Position numbers and translations under genes: made by a program | Shown here: positions 48,619-58,167 of the stretch, piece after piece | How the letters are laid out: each line of letters starts with the position of its first letter | Position numbering within the stretch: position 1 is the first letter of the stretch | The notes under the pieces: generated by a model | Databases searched by the model: none | What the model saw: only the letters and a program-made list of their open reading frames with translations | Told to the model about the DNA's origin: nothing | From: Porphyromonadaceae bacterium UBA3318 | GTDB taxonomy: Bacteria; Bacteroidota; Bacteroidia; Bacteroidales; Muribaculaceae | Length of the DNA: 64,000 nt | Direction: 5' to 3' | Assembly: GCA_002361235.1 (NCBI GenBank) | Contig: DESI01000005.1 | Location: 204 to 64,203, forward strand

Positions 48619-49495
48619 TCAGTACCTGCTCTTTGATCTGTTCCAGTTCGTCCTTCATCCTCACCACCACCTTCTGCATCTCGGCGTTGTTCGACTTCGA
48701 GCCTAAGGTGTTGATTTCGCGGCCCATCTCCTGGGCTATGAATCCGAGCTTCTTGCCCTGTCCTTTGCCGACATGGTCATCCTCGCCGCCCATTGTCTCT
48801 AAGAAGTAGTTCAGGTGCGAGCGCAGGCGTATCTTTTCTTCGGTCACATCGAGTTTTTCGATGTAGAATATCATCTCCTGCTCCAGCCGTCCCTTGTCGT
48901 ATTCTATCGAATCGAGGCGTGAGAGCTGCTCCATCAGTCTTGCCTTGATCTTGGGCACACGTTCCTCCTCGTATTTCACCACTTCCTCCAACAGTCCGGA
49001 AATGGCCTGTATCTTGCTTACGAAGAATTTATACAGCTTCCTGCCTTCAGTGAGTCTGAATGCGTCTATGGCGTCCAGGGCGAGTTCCAGAGCCTCGCCA
49101 AGTGCCTTGCGGTCGTCGTCGCCAAATTCCACCGTAGCCGGTTTCATGGCGTCGGGCATTCGCAGCAATACCGAATACCAGTCTGCCGGCTCGGGCAAGC
49201 CGCATTGCTTTGCTATTTCCTCTATCTGGCTCTTGTATTCGCTTATCACCGTGGGGTCAAGACGCGCCGGGGCCTCGGTGCCGATCATTTCCTCGGTCAC
49301 GTTCAGTTCCACCTTGCCGCGCTCCAGACGCGCCGCTATGCGGTTGCGCATATCAAGCTCCATCTCCCGCATCACTTGCGGCATCCGGGCCTGCAAATCC
49401 AGTTGTTTGCTGTTCAACGATTTCAACTCCACCGTCACTGCGCGCGCAGGACTGCTGACGGTGCCCCGGCCAAAACCGGTCATAGACATTATCAT
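48608..49495 (-). CDS. yicC: YicC/YloC family endoribonuclease
   Basis: MSMTGFGR, LKSLNSKQLD, GKKLGFIAQEMGREINTLGSK. Confidence 0.92.
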   Translation of the reverse strand: MIMSMTGFGRGTVSSPARAVTVELKSLNSKQLDLQARMPQVMREMELDMRNRIAARLERGKVELNVTEEMIGTEAPARLDPTVISEYKSQIEEIAKQCGLPEPADWYSVLLRMPDAMKPATVEFGDDDRKALGEALELALDAIDAFRLTEGRKLYKFFVSKIQAISGLLEEVVKYEEERVPKIKARLMEQLSRLDSIEYDKGRLEQEMIFYIEKLDVTEEKIRLRSHLNYFLETMGGEDDHVGKGQGKKLGFIAQEMGREINTLGSKSNNAEMQKVVVRMKDELEQIKEQVLNVL

Positions 49496-49630
49496 GGCTC
49501 GATCTAATTTTACTTGATCTTATTACTTGCCCACAAACCGTTCCAATTACATACGCCCTGTTATTAACAATTTTTATATAACGGGCTCTTATCTTGCAAA
49601 TTTACATCTTTTATTTCAAAATACAAACAA

Positions 49631-49660
49631 CGGGGCCGCAAATTATGGTTTGCAGCCCCG
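49631..49660 (-). terminator. Terminator after the TraB/GumN gene
   Basis: CGGGGCCGCAAA / TTTGCAGCCCCG stem; T-rich tail on the minus strand. Confidence 0.6.
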
Positions 49661-49691
49661 CATCAAGGTATGAATCGTGTTAAAATAGTCT

Positions 49692-50573
49692 TTATTTCAC
49701 GGGTGTTACGATGTAACCGGCCTGCTTCAGCTGGTTAAGGATACCTTTGTCGCCCACCAAGTGACCGGCTCCCACCACTACAAGCAGATTGGAGTTCTTC
49801 ATCTCGGGCGCAAGCTGTTTCATCCAGTTGTTATTGCGCGAGATAATCATCTTCTCGGCCGATTCGGGATTCTTCAGAACGGATTCTGCGCAGATGGTCT
49901 CGATATCCTTATAGTTCTGTGCTAAGTATGCGTTGGTGAGACGCACCAGCTTTCCGGCTTCGGCATCGATGTCCTCTATGGTCTCCATCAAGTCCTCGGC
50001 CTGCTTCGAGATGGGGTCTCCGAGCAACATATTGGTCTGGAATTCCATCGTCTCGAGTCCGGCCACCAGTTTGCCGGCCTTGCGTGCGCGCACCTGCAGT
50101 TCGTTGTCGATGCCCTGGCCGACATTCATGTCAGGCAGAACCTTGGCCGACATCAGAGCCGCCAGCTGCGTGCTGAGTCCGGCAGGTTTCAACATATACA
50201 GCGCTTCCATTGGAACCTCATCCGTACCGTATTTCGCCCAAGCCATGTTAAGATCAGCAAGCTGTTTTGCGGTCAGGACCTTGTCGATGGTGCTGTCGGC
50301 AGGCGCCATTATCATCTGCTGCATTCCCATCATAGCCGAGGGATCCATTGCGGCCTGCATGTCAAGCTCGCCATATACCTTGTCGGCATTCTGCATCGCT
50401 GCGTCCAGCCCCTTGATGGAATCAAGCAACGACAGCGGCGCAAAATGATGCGTACCAAATACATACGATGTCTTGCCACTGTTGTTGTCAGTCACTTTCC
50501 ACAGCAGCTGCGAGTGTGCGGCGGTTGCGATTACAGCCGTCATGGCCATAACCAGTAATGCTTTTGCTTTCAT
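49692..50573 (-). CDS. TraB/GumN family protein, secreted
   Basis: Signal peptide; QLLWKV..SYVFGTHH, GIDNEL, GLETMEFQ, SRNNNWM, VVGAGHLVG. Confidence 0.88.
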   Translation of the reverse strand: MKAKALLVMAMTAVIATAAHSQLLWKVTDNNSGKTSYVFGTHHFAPLSLLDSIKGLDAAMQNADKVYGELDMQAAMDPSAMMGMQQMIMAPADSTIDKVLTAKQLADLNMAWAKYGTDEVPMEALYMLKPAGLSTQLAALMSAKVLPDMNVGQGIDNELQVRARKAGKLVAGLETMEFQTNMLLGDPISKQAEDLMETIEDIDAEAGKLVRLTNAYLAQNYKDIETICAESVLKNPESAEKMIISRNNNWMKQLAPEMKNSNLLVVVGAGHLVGDKGILNQLKQAGYIVTPVK

Positions 50574-50610
50574 AGTTTTATGCGTTTATTTTGTGATTAT
50601 TTTCTGTGTT

Positions 50611-50961
50611 TTAATCGTTTAGCAGATTCAGAATATCCTGCGGCGTATATCCGAGTTCGTCCATCGTGCGCCGCAACTCCGGAATGGTGTTGCGCACGAA
50701 TGTCTCGCGCCGTTTCTTTATAATCGTTTCGCGTGCGTCGTCGGCGGTGTAGTATCCCATTCCGCGACGCTGGTAAATGATGCCGGCCTCGGCCAGTTCG
50801 TCGTACGCCTTCATCACGGTGCGCGGGTTCACGCCCAACATCACGGCCATGTCCTTGGTGGAGGGTATGCGCTCGCCGCATGGCCAGCCGCCGGTCATCA
50901 CCTGCGTATAACAGTATTCTACCAGTTGACGCGATATCGGTATGTTGTCATTGAAATTCAT
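50611..50961 (-). CDS. GntR family (YtrA-like) regulator
   Basis: 116 aa; GERIPSTKDMA..LGVNPRTVMKAYDEL, RRGMGYY. Confidence 0.9.
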   Translation of the reverse strand: MNFNDNIPISRQLVEYCYTQVMTGGWPCGERIPSTKDMAVMLGVNPRTVMKAYDELAEAGIIYQRRGMGYYTADDARETIIKKRRETFVRNTIPELRRTMDELGYTPQDILNLLND

Positions 50962-51764
50962 CCCTGGCGTTTCGCAAATTTCCTTATATACAATGTCAGC
51001 ATCACCACGAAGTATACCAGCATTACTACGCAGAATCCACCGAGATATATTCCCATGGAATCAAACAGGCGATTCATGGCTTCCTCTACATTTACATTAC
51101 CTGTCAGCTCTCCCTTCTTGCCTAAGCTGTAACCCACCAGTCCGGCTAAGACTCCGAGCAGAAAACTCGGAATGGTATACACTAGTAATGAAAAGCCGAT
51201 TCCCTTTATTATGTTATGACTACGGCTCATCGTGGAGCAATAGAGACATGTCATCATTCCACACATCATAATCGCCACACTCCAGTATTTGAACACCGTC
51301 ATGTGTTCCATTGACATGTCCGCAACACCATCAGGAGCCTCGATCATCCTCAACAGCACCTCGTTTTCCGATTGACCCCAATAGAGATAAAACACTGCAT
51401 TGACTATCAGTTCGGAAATACAAGGAATAACCACGAACGTCCACAAAAGGGTGAACACCAGTTTCTCGCTATTCAGAGCCGGCAACGTGATGAACCTCTC
51501 GCGCATGCTCTTGAGTCCGAACAACGATGAAGCGAACATCACCGCGTATGCAATTGGCGAGACGGCCAGGGACCACATCAATGCCAGCACGTGCGTATCG
51601 ATACTTATCGCCAGCACAGACACCAACAGCGTGTAACCCAGTAATATCCAGAACTCCCATTTCAGCACCGGCCACCAGAACTTAGTCACATCCCAAACCC
51701 CAAGCCATGAAAAGCGGTCGCGGTTCCGCGAACTCTCTTGCTGTATTGTCATCTCGTTATTCAT
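50958..51764 (-). CDS. ABC-2 type permease-like membrane protein
   Basis: About six hydrophobic segments, FITLPALNSEK motif; overlaps the ATPase and GntR genes. Confidence 0.65.
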   Translation of the reverse strand: MNNEMTIQQESSRNRDRFSWLGVWDVTKFWWPVLKWEFWILLGYTLLVSVLAISIDTHVLALMWSLAVSPIAYAVMFASSLFGLKSMRERFITLPALNSEKLVFTLLWTFVVIPCISELIVNAVFYLYWGQSENEVLLRMIEAPDGVADMSMEHMTVFKYWSVAIMMCGMMTCLYCSTMSRSHNIIKGIGFSLLVYTIPSFLLGVLAGLVGYSLGKKGELTGNVNVEEAMNRLFDSMGIYLGGFCVVMLVYFVVMLTLYIRKFAKRQG

Positions 51765-52653
51765 AATCCACTCCGTTGCTAAATGGTTTGTAATCGGACC
51801 GGCCGGGTCCCGTCATATATTTTATCACCTCGGGAGCAGCCGGGCTGTGAAGCGCGCCATACAGCACGGCATAATCCACCGGGCCTGATTCAAGTCCGAG
51901 TTCATCGGCCATGTCCACCGGCAGGATGCTGCACATCTTACCGCCACGCCATTCTGAATAGAGGCTGTCATCCACCTTAGAAAGCGTGCGCACGAAGGCG
52001 AACCGTTCGGCTATCTCCTCGGTCATGGCCGTGAGGCGTATGTGGTTGGCCTGCATCACGATCAGGCCGTCGTACAGCGTCTCCATGTCGCTGATGGTGT
52101 GCGTGGCCACAAGCACCGTATGCTCGTCGTCGCATTTGCCCGCTATCATGCGCAGCAACGCCATCTTGCTCTCGATGTCCAGGCCGTTGGCCGGCTCGTC
52201 GAGCAGCAGCACTTCGGTATTGAGGCTCAATGCGTACGCCAGCATAGCCTTATGCCGCATACCTAACGACATCGAAGACAGTTTCTGACTTGAGCTTAAG
52301 CCGAACGCATCCAGGTTCCGTTTCAGTTCCTCGGCATCGAAGCGAGAATAAAACGGCGCGTGACGCTTCGCCATAGTGTCTATGTCGCGCATGAAAGCGC
52401 CGTCGTCCACGCCAAGGTAAAACACGCGGGCCAGTTCCGAAGGGAGTCTCTTGGTGACAGACACCCCGTCAACCACGCATTCGCCTCCAGTGGGCAGCAG
52501 CAGTCCGGCCACGCACTTCAGCATCGTGGTCTTGCCGGCACCGTTCTCGCCAAGCATCAGGTGCACGCCGTTCCCGATACGGGCAGAGACATTGTCCAGC
52601 GCCGCTACGGTCGATTTGCCGTAATAGTATGAAAGATTCTTTAATTCTATCAT
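51757..52653 (-). CDS. ABC transporter ATP-binding protein
   Basis: GENGAGKTT, LSSMSLGMRHK, LLLDEPANGLD, VATH. Confidence 0.92.
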   Translation of the reverse strand: MIELKNLSYYYGKSTVAALDNVSARIGNGVHLMLGENGAGKTTMLKCVAGLLLPTGGECVVDGVSVTKRLPSELARVFYLGVDDGAFMRDIDTMAKRHAPFYSRFDAEELKRNLDAFGLSSSQKLSSMSLGMRHKAMLAYALSLNTEVLLLDEPANGLDIESKMALLRMIAGKCDDEHTVLVATHTISDMETLYDGLIVMQANHIRLTAMTEEIAERFAFVRTLSKVDDSLYSEWRGGKMCSILPVDMADELGLESGPVDYAVLYGALHSPAAPEVIKYMTGPGRSDYKPFSNGVDYE

Positions 52654-52695
52654 AGTAGGTAGTGTAGTAATGTAGTGGTGTATTCAACCACACCG

Positions 52696-52703
52696 CAAAA
52701 TTA
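52696..52703 (-). promoter_or_regulatory. -7 box for the ABC-GntR operon
   Basis: Minus strand TAATTTTG. Confidence 0.55.
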
Positions 52704-52775
52704 CATCTTTTTTCCGAATCTGCAAAATAAAACCAACATTTTTCAAAAAAATATTAAAATATCGACTTATTTATG

Positions 52776-52783
52776 TATCTTTG
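52776..52783 (+). promoter_or_regulatory. -7 box for pgm
   Basis: TATCTTTG. Confidence 0.55.
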
Positions 52784-52843
52784 TGTTTGTATTGACAGGA
52801 AGGCGTATATAATTATGCGCATGGTGCGTATTGCTAAGGAACA

Positions 52844-52916
52844 GTATGCGCGTATTGCGCGTATGTGTATTGCGTGTATGTGTCGCGTATGTGTACTGCG
52901 CGTATGTGTATTGCGC
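52844..52916 (+). repeat. Degenerate tandem repeat of GCGCGTATGTGTATT (alternating purine-pyrimidine)
   Basis: Units GCGCGTATT, GCGCGTATGTGTATT, GCGTGTATGTGT, CGCGTATGTGTACT, GCGCGTATGTGTATT. Confidence 0.85.
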
Positions 52917-53013
52917 GGAGCCGTTCCGTTCTGCGCCGGAGGCGCAGCCTAATCCGTAGCCGCCGGCACAGCCTGACCCGCCATTGAAAACAAATAGAAT
53001 AATATATAACCCA

Positions 53014-54765
53014 ATGAGTAACGAAACATTATTGAAAGAAGTGACGGCCAAAGCCCAGGCATGGCTTAGCCCGGAGTACGACGAGAATACCCGCAAGGAA
53101 GTGCAGGCGCTTCTTGACGCCGAGGACAAGACCCCGCTGATCGAGGCCTTCTACAAGGACCTTGAATTCGGCACGGGCGGTCTGCGCGGCATTATGGGCG
53201 CCGGTTCCAACCGCATGAACCGCTACACCGTTGGCGCCGCCACACAGGGACTGGCCAACTACCTGAAGGACTGCTTCAAGGAGCTGCCTCAGATTTCGGT
53301 GGCCGTAGGCCATGACGTGCGTCACCACAGCCGCGAGTTCGCCGAGCTGACGGCCGACATCTTCAGCGCCAACGGCATCAAGGTGTACCTGTTCGACGGT
53401 CCATGCCCCACTCCCGAGGTCAGCTACGCCATCCGCAAGTTGGGATGCCAGAGCGGCGTAATGGTCACCGCAAGCCACAACCCCAAGGAGTACAACGGCT
53501 ATAAGGCATACTGGAGCGACGGCGCACAGATGATCTCGCCCCACGATGTCAAGACCATCGAGTATGTCAACCAGATCAAGAGCAACGACCAGATCAAGTG
53601 GGCTCCGAACAAGGATCTGATCCAGTCCATAGGCAAGGATATCGACGAGCAGTTCCTGGCCGACATCCACACCCTCAGCCTCGACCCCGAGGCCGACAAG
53701 CGCCACAAGGACATGAAGATTGTCTACACCCCCATCCACGGCACCGGCCTGCGTCTGATGTACGACTCGCTGAAGCTCTGGGGCTTCGAGAATGTGATCC
53801 ATGTTCCGGCACAGGATATCCAGGACGGCGACTTCCCCACCGTCGCATCGCCTAACCCCGAGAATTCGGAGGCTATGCACATGGCCGTGGAGAAAGCCAA
53901 GGAAACAGGCGCAAGCCTCGTGATGGCTTCCGACCCCGACGCCGACCGCGTTGGTCTCGTTGTCCGCGACAAGGAAGGCAACTACCAGCTTGTGAACGGC
54001 AACCAAATCTGCATGCTCCTTATATATTACATCATCACCAAGAACGTGGAGAGCAAGCTGCTCAACGGTTCCGAGTATGTGGTGAAGACCATCGTGACCA
54101 CCGAGACCATCAAGCGCATAGCCGAGGCCAACGGCGTGAAGTGCTTCGACTGCTTCACCGGCTTCAAGTGGATCGCCAACGTGATGCGCGACATGGAGAC
54201 CCAGGGCCGTTACCTTGGCGGCGGCGAGGAGAGCTACGGCTTCCTGGCCGAGACATTCGTACGCGACAAGGATTCCATATCAGCCAACTCGCTGGTGGCC
54301 GAGTGCGCCGCATGGGCTGCCGACAAGGGCATGAACCTCTACGAAGTGCTGGTTGACATCTACGCCAAGTATGGTTTCTCGCGCGAACGCGGCGTAAGCG
54401 TGGTTCGTCCGGGCAAGACCGGCGCCGAGGAAATCGTGGCCATGATGAAGAACTTCCGCGAGAATCCGCCCAAGACCCTGGCCGGAAGCAGGGTTACGGC
54501 CATCAAGGATTACAGCGACCTCAACTGCCGCAACCTCATCAGCGGCGAGGTTACCAAGCTGGAGTTCCCCACCACGTCCAATGTGCTGCAGTTCTTCACC
54601 GAGGCAGGCGACAAGGTTTCCGTACGTCCTTCGGGCACGGAGCCCAAGATCAAGTTCTATGTCGAGGTGCGCGAGGACATGAAGGACAAGGCCGATTACG
54701 AGGCTACCGTCCTCAAGGCCGAGAAACATATCGACCAGGTACTGGAAGACCTTGGTGTAAAATAA
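53014..54765 (+). CDS. pgm: Phosphoglucomutase/phosphomannomutase family phospho-sugar mutase
   Basis: EFGTGGLRG, VTASHNP, SDPDADRVG, GGEESYG, RPSGTEPKIKFY; ATG 53014. Confidence 0.92.
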   Translation: MSNETLLKEVTAKAQAWLSPEYDENTRKEVQALLDAEDKTPLIEAFYKDLEFGTGGLRGIMGAGSNRMNRYTVGAATQGLANYLKDCFKELPQISVAVGHDVRHHSREFAELTADIFSANGIKVYLFDGPCPTPEVSYAIRKLGCQSGVMVTASHNPKEYNGYKAYWSDGAQMISPHDVKTIEYVNQIKSNDQIKWAPNKDLIQSIGKDIDEQFLADIHTLSLDPEADKRHKDMKIVYTPIHGTGLRLMYDSLKLWGFENVIHVPAQDIQDGDFPTVASPNPENSEAMHMAVEKAKETGASLVMASDPDADRVGLVVRDKEGNYQLVNGNQICMLLIYYIITKNVESKLLNGSEYVVKTIVTTETIKRIAEANGVKCFDCFTGFKWIANVMRDMETQGRYLGGGEESYGFLAETFVRDKDSISANSLVAECAAWAADKGMNLYEVLVDIYAKYGFSRERGVSVVRPGKTGAEEIVAMMKNFRENPPKTLAGSRVTAIKDYSDLNCRNLISGEVTKLEFPTTSNVLQFFTEAGDKVSVRPSGTEPKIKFYVEVREDMKDKADYEATVLKAEKHIDQVLEDLGVK

Positions 54766-54792
54766 GGAGTGAATCAACTTCACTGACACTAT

Positions 54793-55410
54793 ATGTCTAA
54801 AATCTCATGGCGCCCCGGAACGATGGTTTATCCCGTTCCGGCGGCGCTTGTTTCCGTAGGCGCCACGCCCGATGAATGGAACCTGCTGACGGTGGCGTGG
54901 ATAGGCACGGTCTGTTCCGATCCGGCAATGCTTTCCATTTCGGTGCGTCCCGAACGTCATTCATTTTCCTTGATCGAGAAGACCGGTGAATTCACCGTCA
55001 ACCTCACTACCGTTGACATGGCCCGCAGCGTGGACTGGTGCGGCGTACGAAGCGGCGCGCAGTACGACAAATGGAAGGAGACGGGCCTGGTACCGATTCC
55101 CGGCGAGAAGGTGAAGTCTCCCACTGTGGAGCAAAGTCCCCTCAGCATCGAGTGCGTAGTGCGGTCCAGGACCGACCTCGGCACGCACACCATGTTCCTG
55201 GCCGAGGTGGTAAACGTACGCGCCGACAGCCGGTATATGGACCCCGAGACAGGCCGCTTCATGCTCGAGAAGGCCAATCTGCTCGCTTACGTCCACGGCC
55301 ACTACTACGCATTGGGCGACATGATTGGCAAATTCGGCTTCTCCGTCCAAAAGAAAAAGCCTGAAGCGACTAAGAAGAAAAAGCAAGAAGCGTCTGAGAA
55401 GAATAAGTAA
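54793..55410 (+). CDS. Flavin reductase-like protein
   Basis: YPVPAALVS, NLLTVAWIG, ISVRPERHS, FTVNL, VDWCGVRSG, SPLSIEC, GTHTMFLAEV. Confidence 0.85.
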   Translation: MSKISWRPGTMVYPVPAALVSVGATPDEWNLLTVAWIGTVCSDPAMLSISVRPERHSFSLIEKTGEFTVNLTTVDMARSVDWCGVRSGAQYDKWKETGLVPIPGEKVKSPTVEQSPLSIECVVRSRTDLGTHTMFLAEVVNVRADSRYMDPETGRFMLEKANLLAYVHGHYYALGDMIGKFGFSVQKKKPEATKKKKQEASEKNK

Positions 55411-55438
55411 CAAGACCTCTGACCTTGACTAATTTTTC

Positions 55439-55470
55439 AGGCTCCGTGCCGTTTTACGGGATGGAGCCTT
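55439..55470 (+). terminator. Terminator after the flavin reductase gene
   Basis: AGGCTCC / GGAGCCT stem followed by TTGCTTT. Confidence 0.55.
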
Positions 55471-55606
55471 TGCTTTGCCCTCAATTGTAGCAAGACATTG
55501 TTGACATTGTTAACATCTCCTTTTGTTTATTGAAAAATTTATCGTAACTTTGCTAAACGGATTGGAGTATGCGAACTTTTGTTGAGACTCCGGCCCCGCG
55601 ATTGAT

Positions 55607-58087
55607 ATGGCAAAACAGGACAATAGCGACAATCTATACGACCTTGACGAACAGTTTGCGCCCCGCAACGGCCGCAAGCACCGCCGCAACCGCACCCTGG
55701 TGAAATGGTTGTGGATATCTTTTCTGTCCTTGGGATTCCTAATCCTGTTCCTTATGCTGCTGATATACAACGGCGTGATAGGATACATGCCTCCTATCGA
55801 GGAACTTGAGGACCCGCACGACAAACTCGCGTCGTTGGTCTATGCCAGCGACGATTCGGAACTGGGACGTTACTATTACGGCTCGGGCAACCGTGTCTAC
55901 ACCGACTATAACGGCATTTCGCCACACGTCATCAACGCCCTGGTGGCAACCGAGGACGTCCGCTTCCGCGAGCATTCCGGCATCGACTTTAAGGCCCTGG
56001 GACGTACGGCCATCAAGACATTCCTGATGGGCGACAAGTCGTCGGGCGGCGCATCCACCATAACCCAGCAGCTGGCCAAACAGCTTTATTCCGAGCCAAG
56101 CTCAAACCTGTTGAAACGCGCGCTGCAGAAACCCATCGAATGGATGATAGCTGTCAAGCTGGAACGTTTCTACACCAAGGACGAGATCATAAACATGTAT
56201 CTCAACCGTTTCGACTTCCTCAACAACGCGGTGGGAATCAAGACGGCGGCCAATGTATATTTCGGCAAGGAACCGCGCGACCTGGAGATTCAGGAGGCGG
56301 CCATGCTTATAGGTATGCTTAAGAATCCGAGCTATTACAATCCCCTGCGCCACGAGGAGCGTACGCAGCAGCGCCGCAACGTGGTGTTCGACCAGATGGT
56401 CAAGGCAGGCTTCATAACTCAGGCTCAGCGCGATTCTCTCGCGGCCCTTCCGCTCGGACTCGACTATCATAAGGTGGACCACAAGGAGGGAGGCTCCCCC
56501 TATCTGCGCGAGGAAATCCGCCGTCTCATGACGGCCAAGAAGCCGGTGCGCCCCAAACGCGGCGACTATCCCGACAAATCCTCTTACCTCATAGCCCTCG
56601 GCGCTTACAACACCGACTCAACCGCATGGGAACAGAATCCGCTCTATGGCTGGATTCTCAAGAATCCCAAGCCCGACGGATCGTACTATAACCTTTACAC
56701 AGACGGTCTGCGCATACACACCACCATCGACCCGACCATGCAGCGTTATGCCGAGGAGGCCGTGTACGAGCATCTTGGCGGATACCTCCAGCCGGCTTTC
56801 GAGCGCGAGAAACATGGTTCTCCCACAGGTCCGTACACCACCAACACCAACGAGCTTAGCCGTGCAGGCGTGCAGCGACTCATCAAGAACGCAATACGCC
56901 AGACCGAGCGCTACCGCATCATGAAGCAGGCCGGTGCATCGCAGGAGGAGATAGACAAGGCTTTCCACACACCTTATACAATGGACATATTCTCCTACGT
57001 CAAGAAGACGGTGAAGGAGAACGGCCGTTCGGTGACACGCATCGTGCCCGGTTCCAAGACGGTCAAGATGACTCCGTACGACTCCCTGCTGTATATGAAG
57101 ACGGTGCTGCGTACCGGCGTAATGAGCATGGATCCGCACTCAGGCTATGTCAAGGCATACGTGGGAGGTCCGGATTTCACGCATTTCCAGTACGATATGG
57201 TGTCGCGCGGAAAGCGCCAGATCGGTTCGACGGCCAAGCCGTTCCTGTACACGCTGGCCATGGAACAGGACTACAGCCCATGCTCCATGTTCTCCAACAC
57301 GCAGCCTGTGTTCGGTGGCTGGGCTCCCCGTAACTCCAGCCGTGCGCGCGTGGGCCAGATGGTTGACCTGCGCTGGGCCCTCACCAACTCCAACAACTGG
57401 ATTTCGGCCCGCCTTGTACATGAACTCACCCCGGCGGCTCTGGCCAGCAAGATGCGTCTGTTCGGCATCACCGGCTACATCGACCCGGTGCTTCCGCTGT
57501 GCCTCGGCACCGTCGACGTCCCGGTGGGACAGATGGTAGGTGCTTTCACGGCATTCTCCAACCAGGGTATCCGTGTCGATCCGGTGTTCGTGACCCGCAT
57601 AGAGGACAACCAGGGCAACCTGATTTACTCCGCCGTGCCTCACCGCACCGAGGTGATGAGCGAGGACGCCTATTATAAGATAGTCTCCATATTGCTGAAT
57701 GTGGTCGACTCCGGTACCGGAGCCAGCCTGCGCAGCCGATACGGCATCCGCGCGCAGATGGGCGGCAAGACCGGTACCACCAACTCCAACTCCGACTCCT
57801 GGTTCATGGGATTCACTCCCGACCTGGTCACCGGCGTATGGGTCGGAGGCGAGGAACGCTACATCCACTTCAACTCCATGGCTTTCGGTCAGGGTGCCCG
57901 CGCCGCACTCCCAATATACGGACTGTACATGAAGAAGGTGTATAACGACCGAAGACTCCCCTATTCGCAGGATACCAAATTTGAATTCCCCGACGCGTTC
58001 TCGCCATGTGGCGACGGCGAATCGCCATTCGTCCACGTCAGCGAAGACCCGGTGCCCGAAGACACAGCCGAGGGAGTGTTCGACTAA
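55607..58087 (+). CDS. mrcA: Class A penicillin-binding protein (PBP1A)
   Basis: TM anchor; ATEDVRFREHSGID, GASTITQQLAK, EIINMYLN; transpeptidase GSTAKP, SNN, KTG. Confidence 0.88.
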   Translation: MAKQDNSDNLYDLDEQFAPRNGRKHRRNRTLVKWLWISFLSLGFLILFLMLLIYNGVIGYMPPIEELEDPHDKLASLVYASDDSELGRYYYGSGNRVYTDYNGISPHVINALVATEDVRFREHSGIDFKALGRTAIKTFLMGDKSSGGASTITQQLAKQLYSEPSSNLLKRALQKPIEWMIAVKLERFYTKDEIINMYLNRFDFLNNAVGIKTAANVYFGKEPRDLEIQEAAMLIGMLKNPSYYNPLRHEERTQQRRNVVFDQMVKAGFITQAQRDSLAALPLGLDYHKVDHKEGGSPYLREEIRRLMTAKKPVRPKRGDYPDKSSYLIALGAYNTDSTAWEQNPLYGWILKNPKPDGSYYNLYTDGLRIHTTIDPTMQRYAEEAVYEHLGGYLQPAFEREKHGSPTGPYTTNTNELSRAGVQRLIKNAIRQTERYRIMKQAGASQEEIDKAFHTPYTMDIFSYVKKTVKENGRSVTRIVPGSKTVKMTPYDSLLYMKTVLRTGVMSMDPHSGYVKAYVGGPDFTHFQYDMVSRGKRQIGSTAKPFLYTLAMEQDYSPCSMFSNTQPVFGGWAPRNSSRARVGQMVDLRWALTNSNNWISARLVHELTPAALASKMRLFGITGYIDPVLPLCLGTVDVPVGQMVGAFTAFSNQGIRVDPVFVTRIEDNQGNLIYSAVPHRTEVMSEDAYYKIVSILLNVVDSGTGASLRSRYGIRAQMGGKTGTTNSNSDSWFMGFTPDLVTGVWVGGEERYIHFNSMAFGQGARAALPIYGLYMKKVYNDRRLPYSQDTKFEFPDAFSPCGDGESPFVHVSEDPVPEDTAEGVFD

Positions 58088-58167
58088 GTATCTGCTCATC
58101 AAGACCATGCACCTTAATTTTCAATACCATATAAATTAAGACAAAAAAACACCAAACCGAGAATATT

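Noticed and set aside
49692-50573. TraB name suggesting conjugation
   Set aside because: TraB/GumN family is unrelated to type IV secretion; no tra, mob or relaxase genes nearby
52767-53129. 120-aa minus-strand ORF with AQYTY/TRNTH repeats
   Set aside because: Translation of the RY repeat; overlaps the pgm start and promoter
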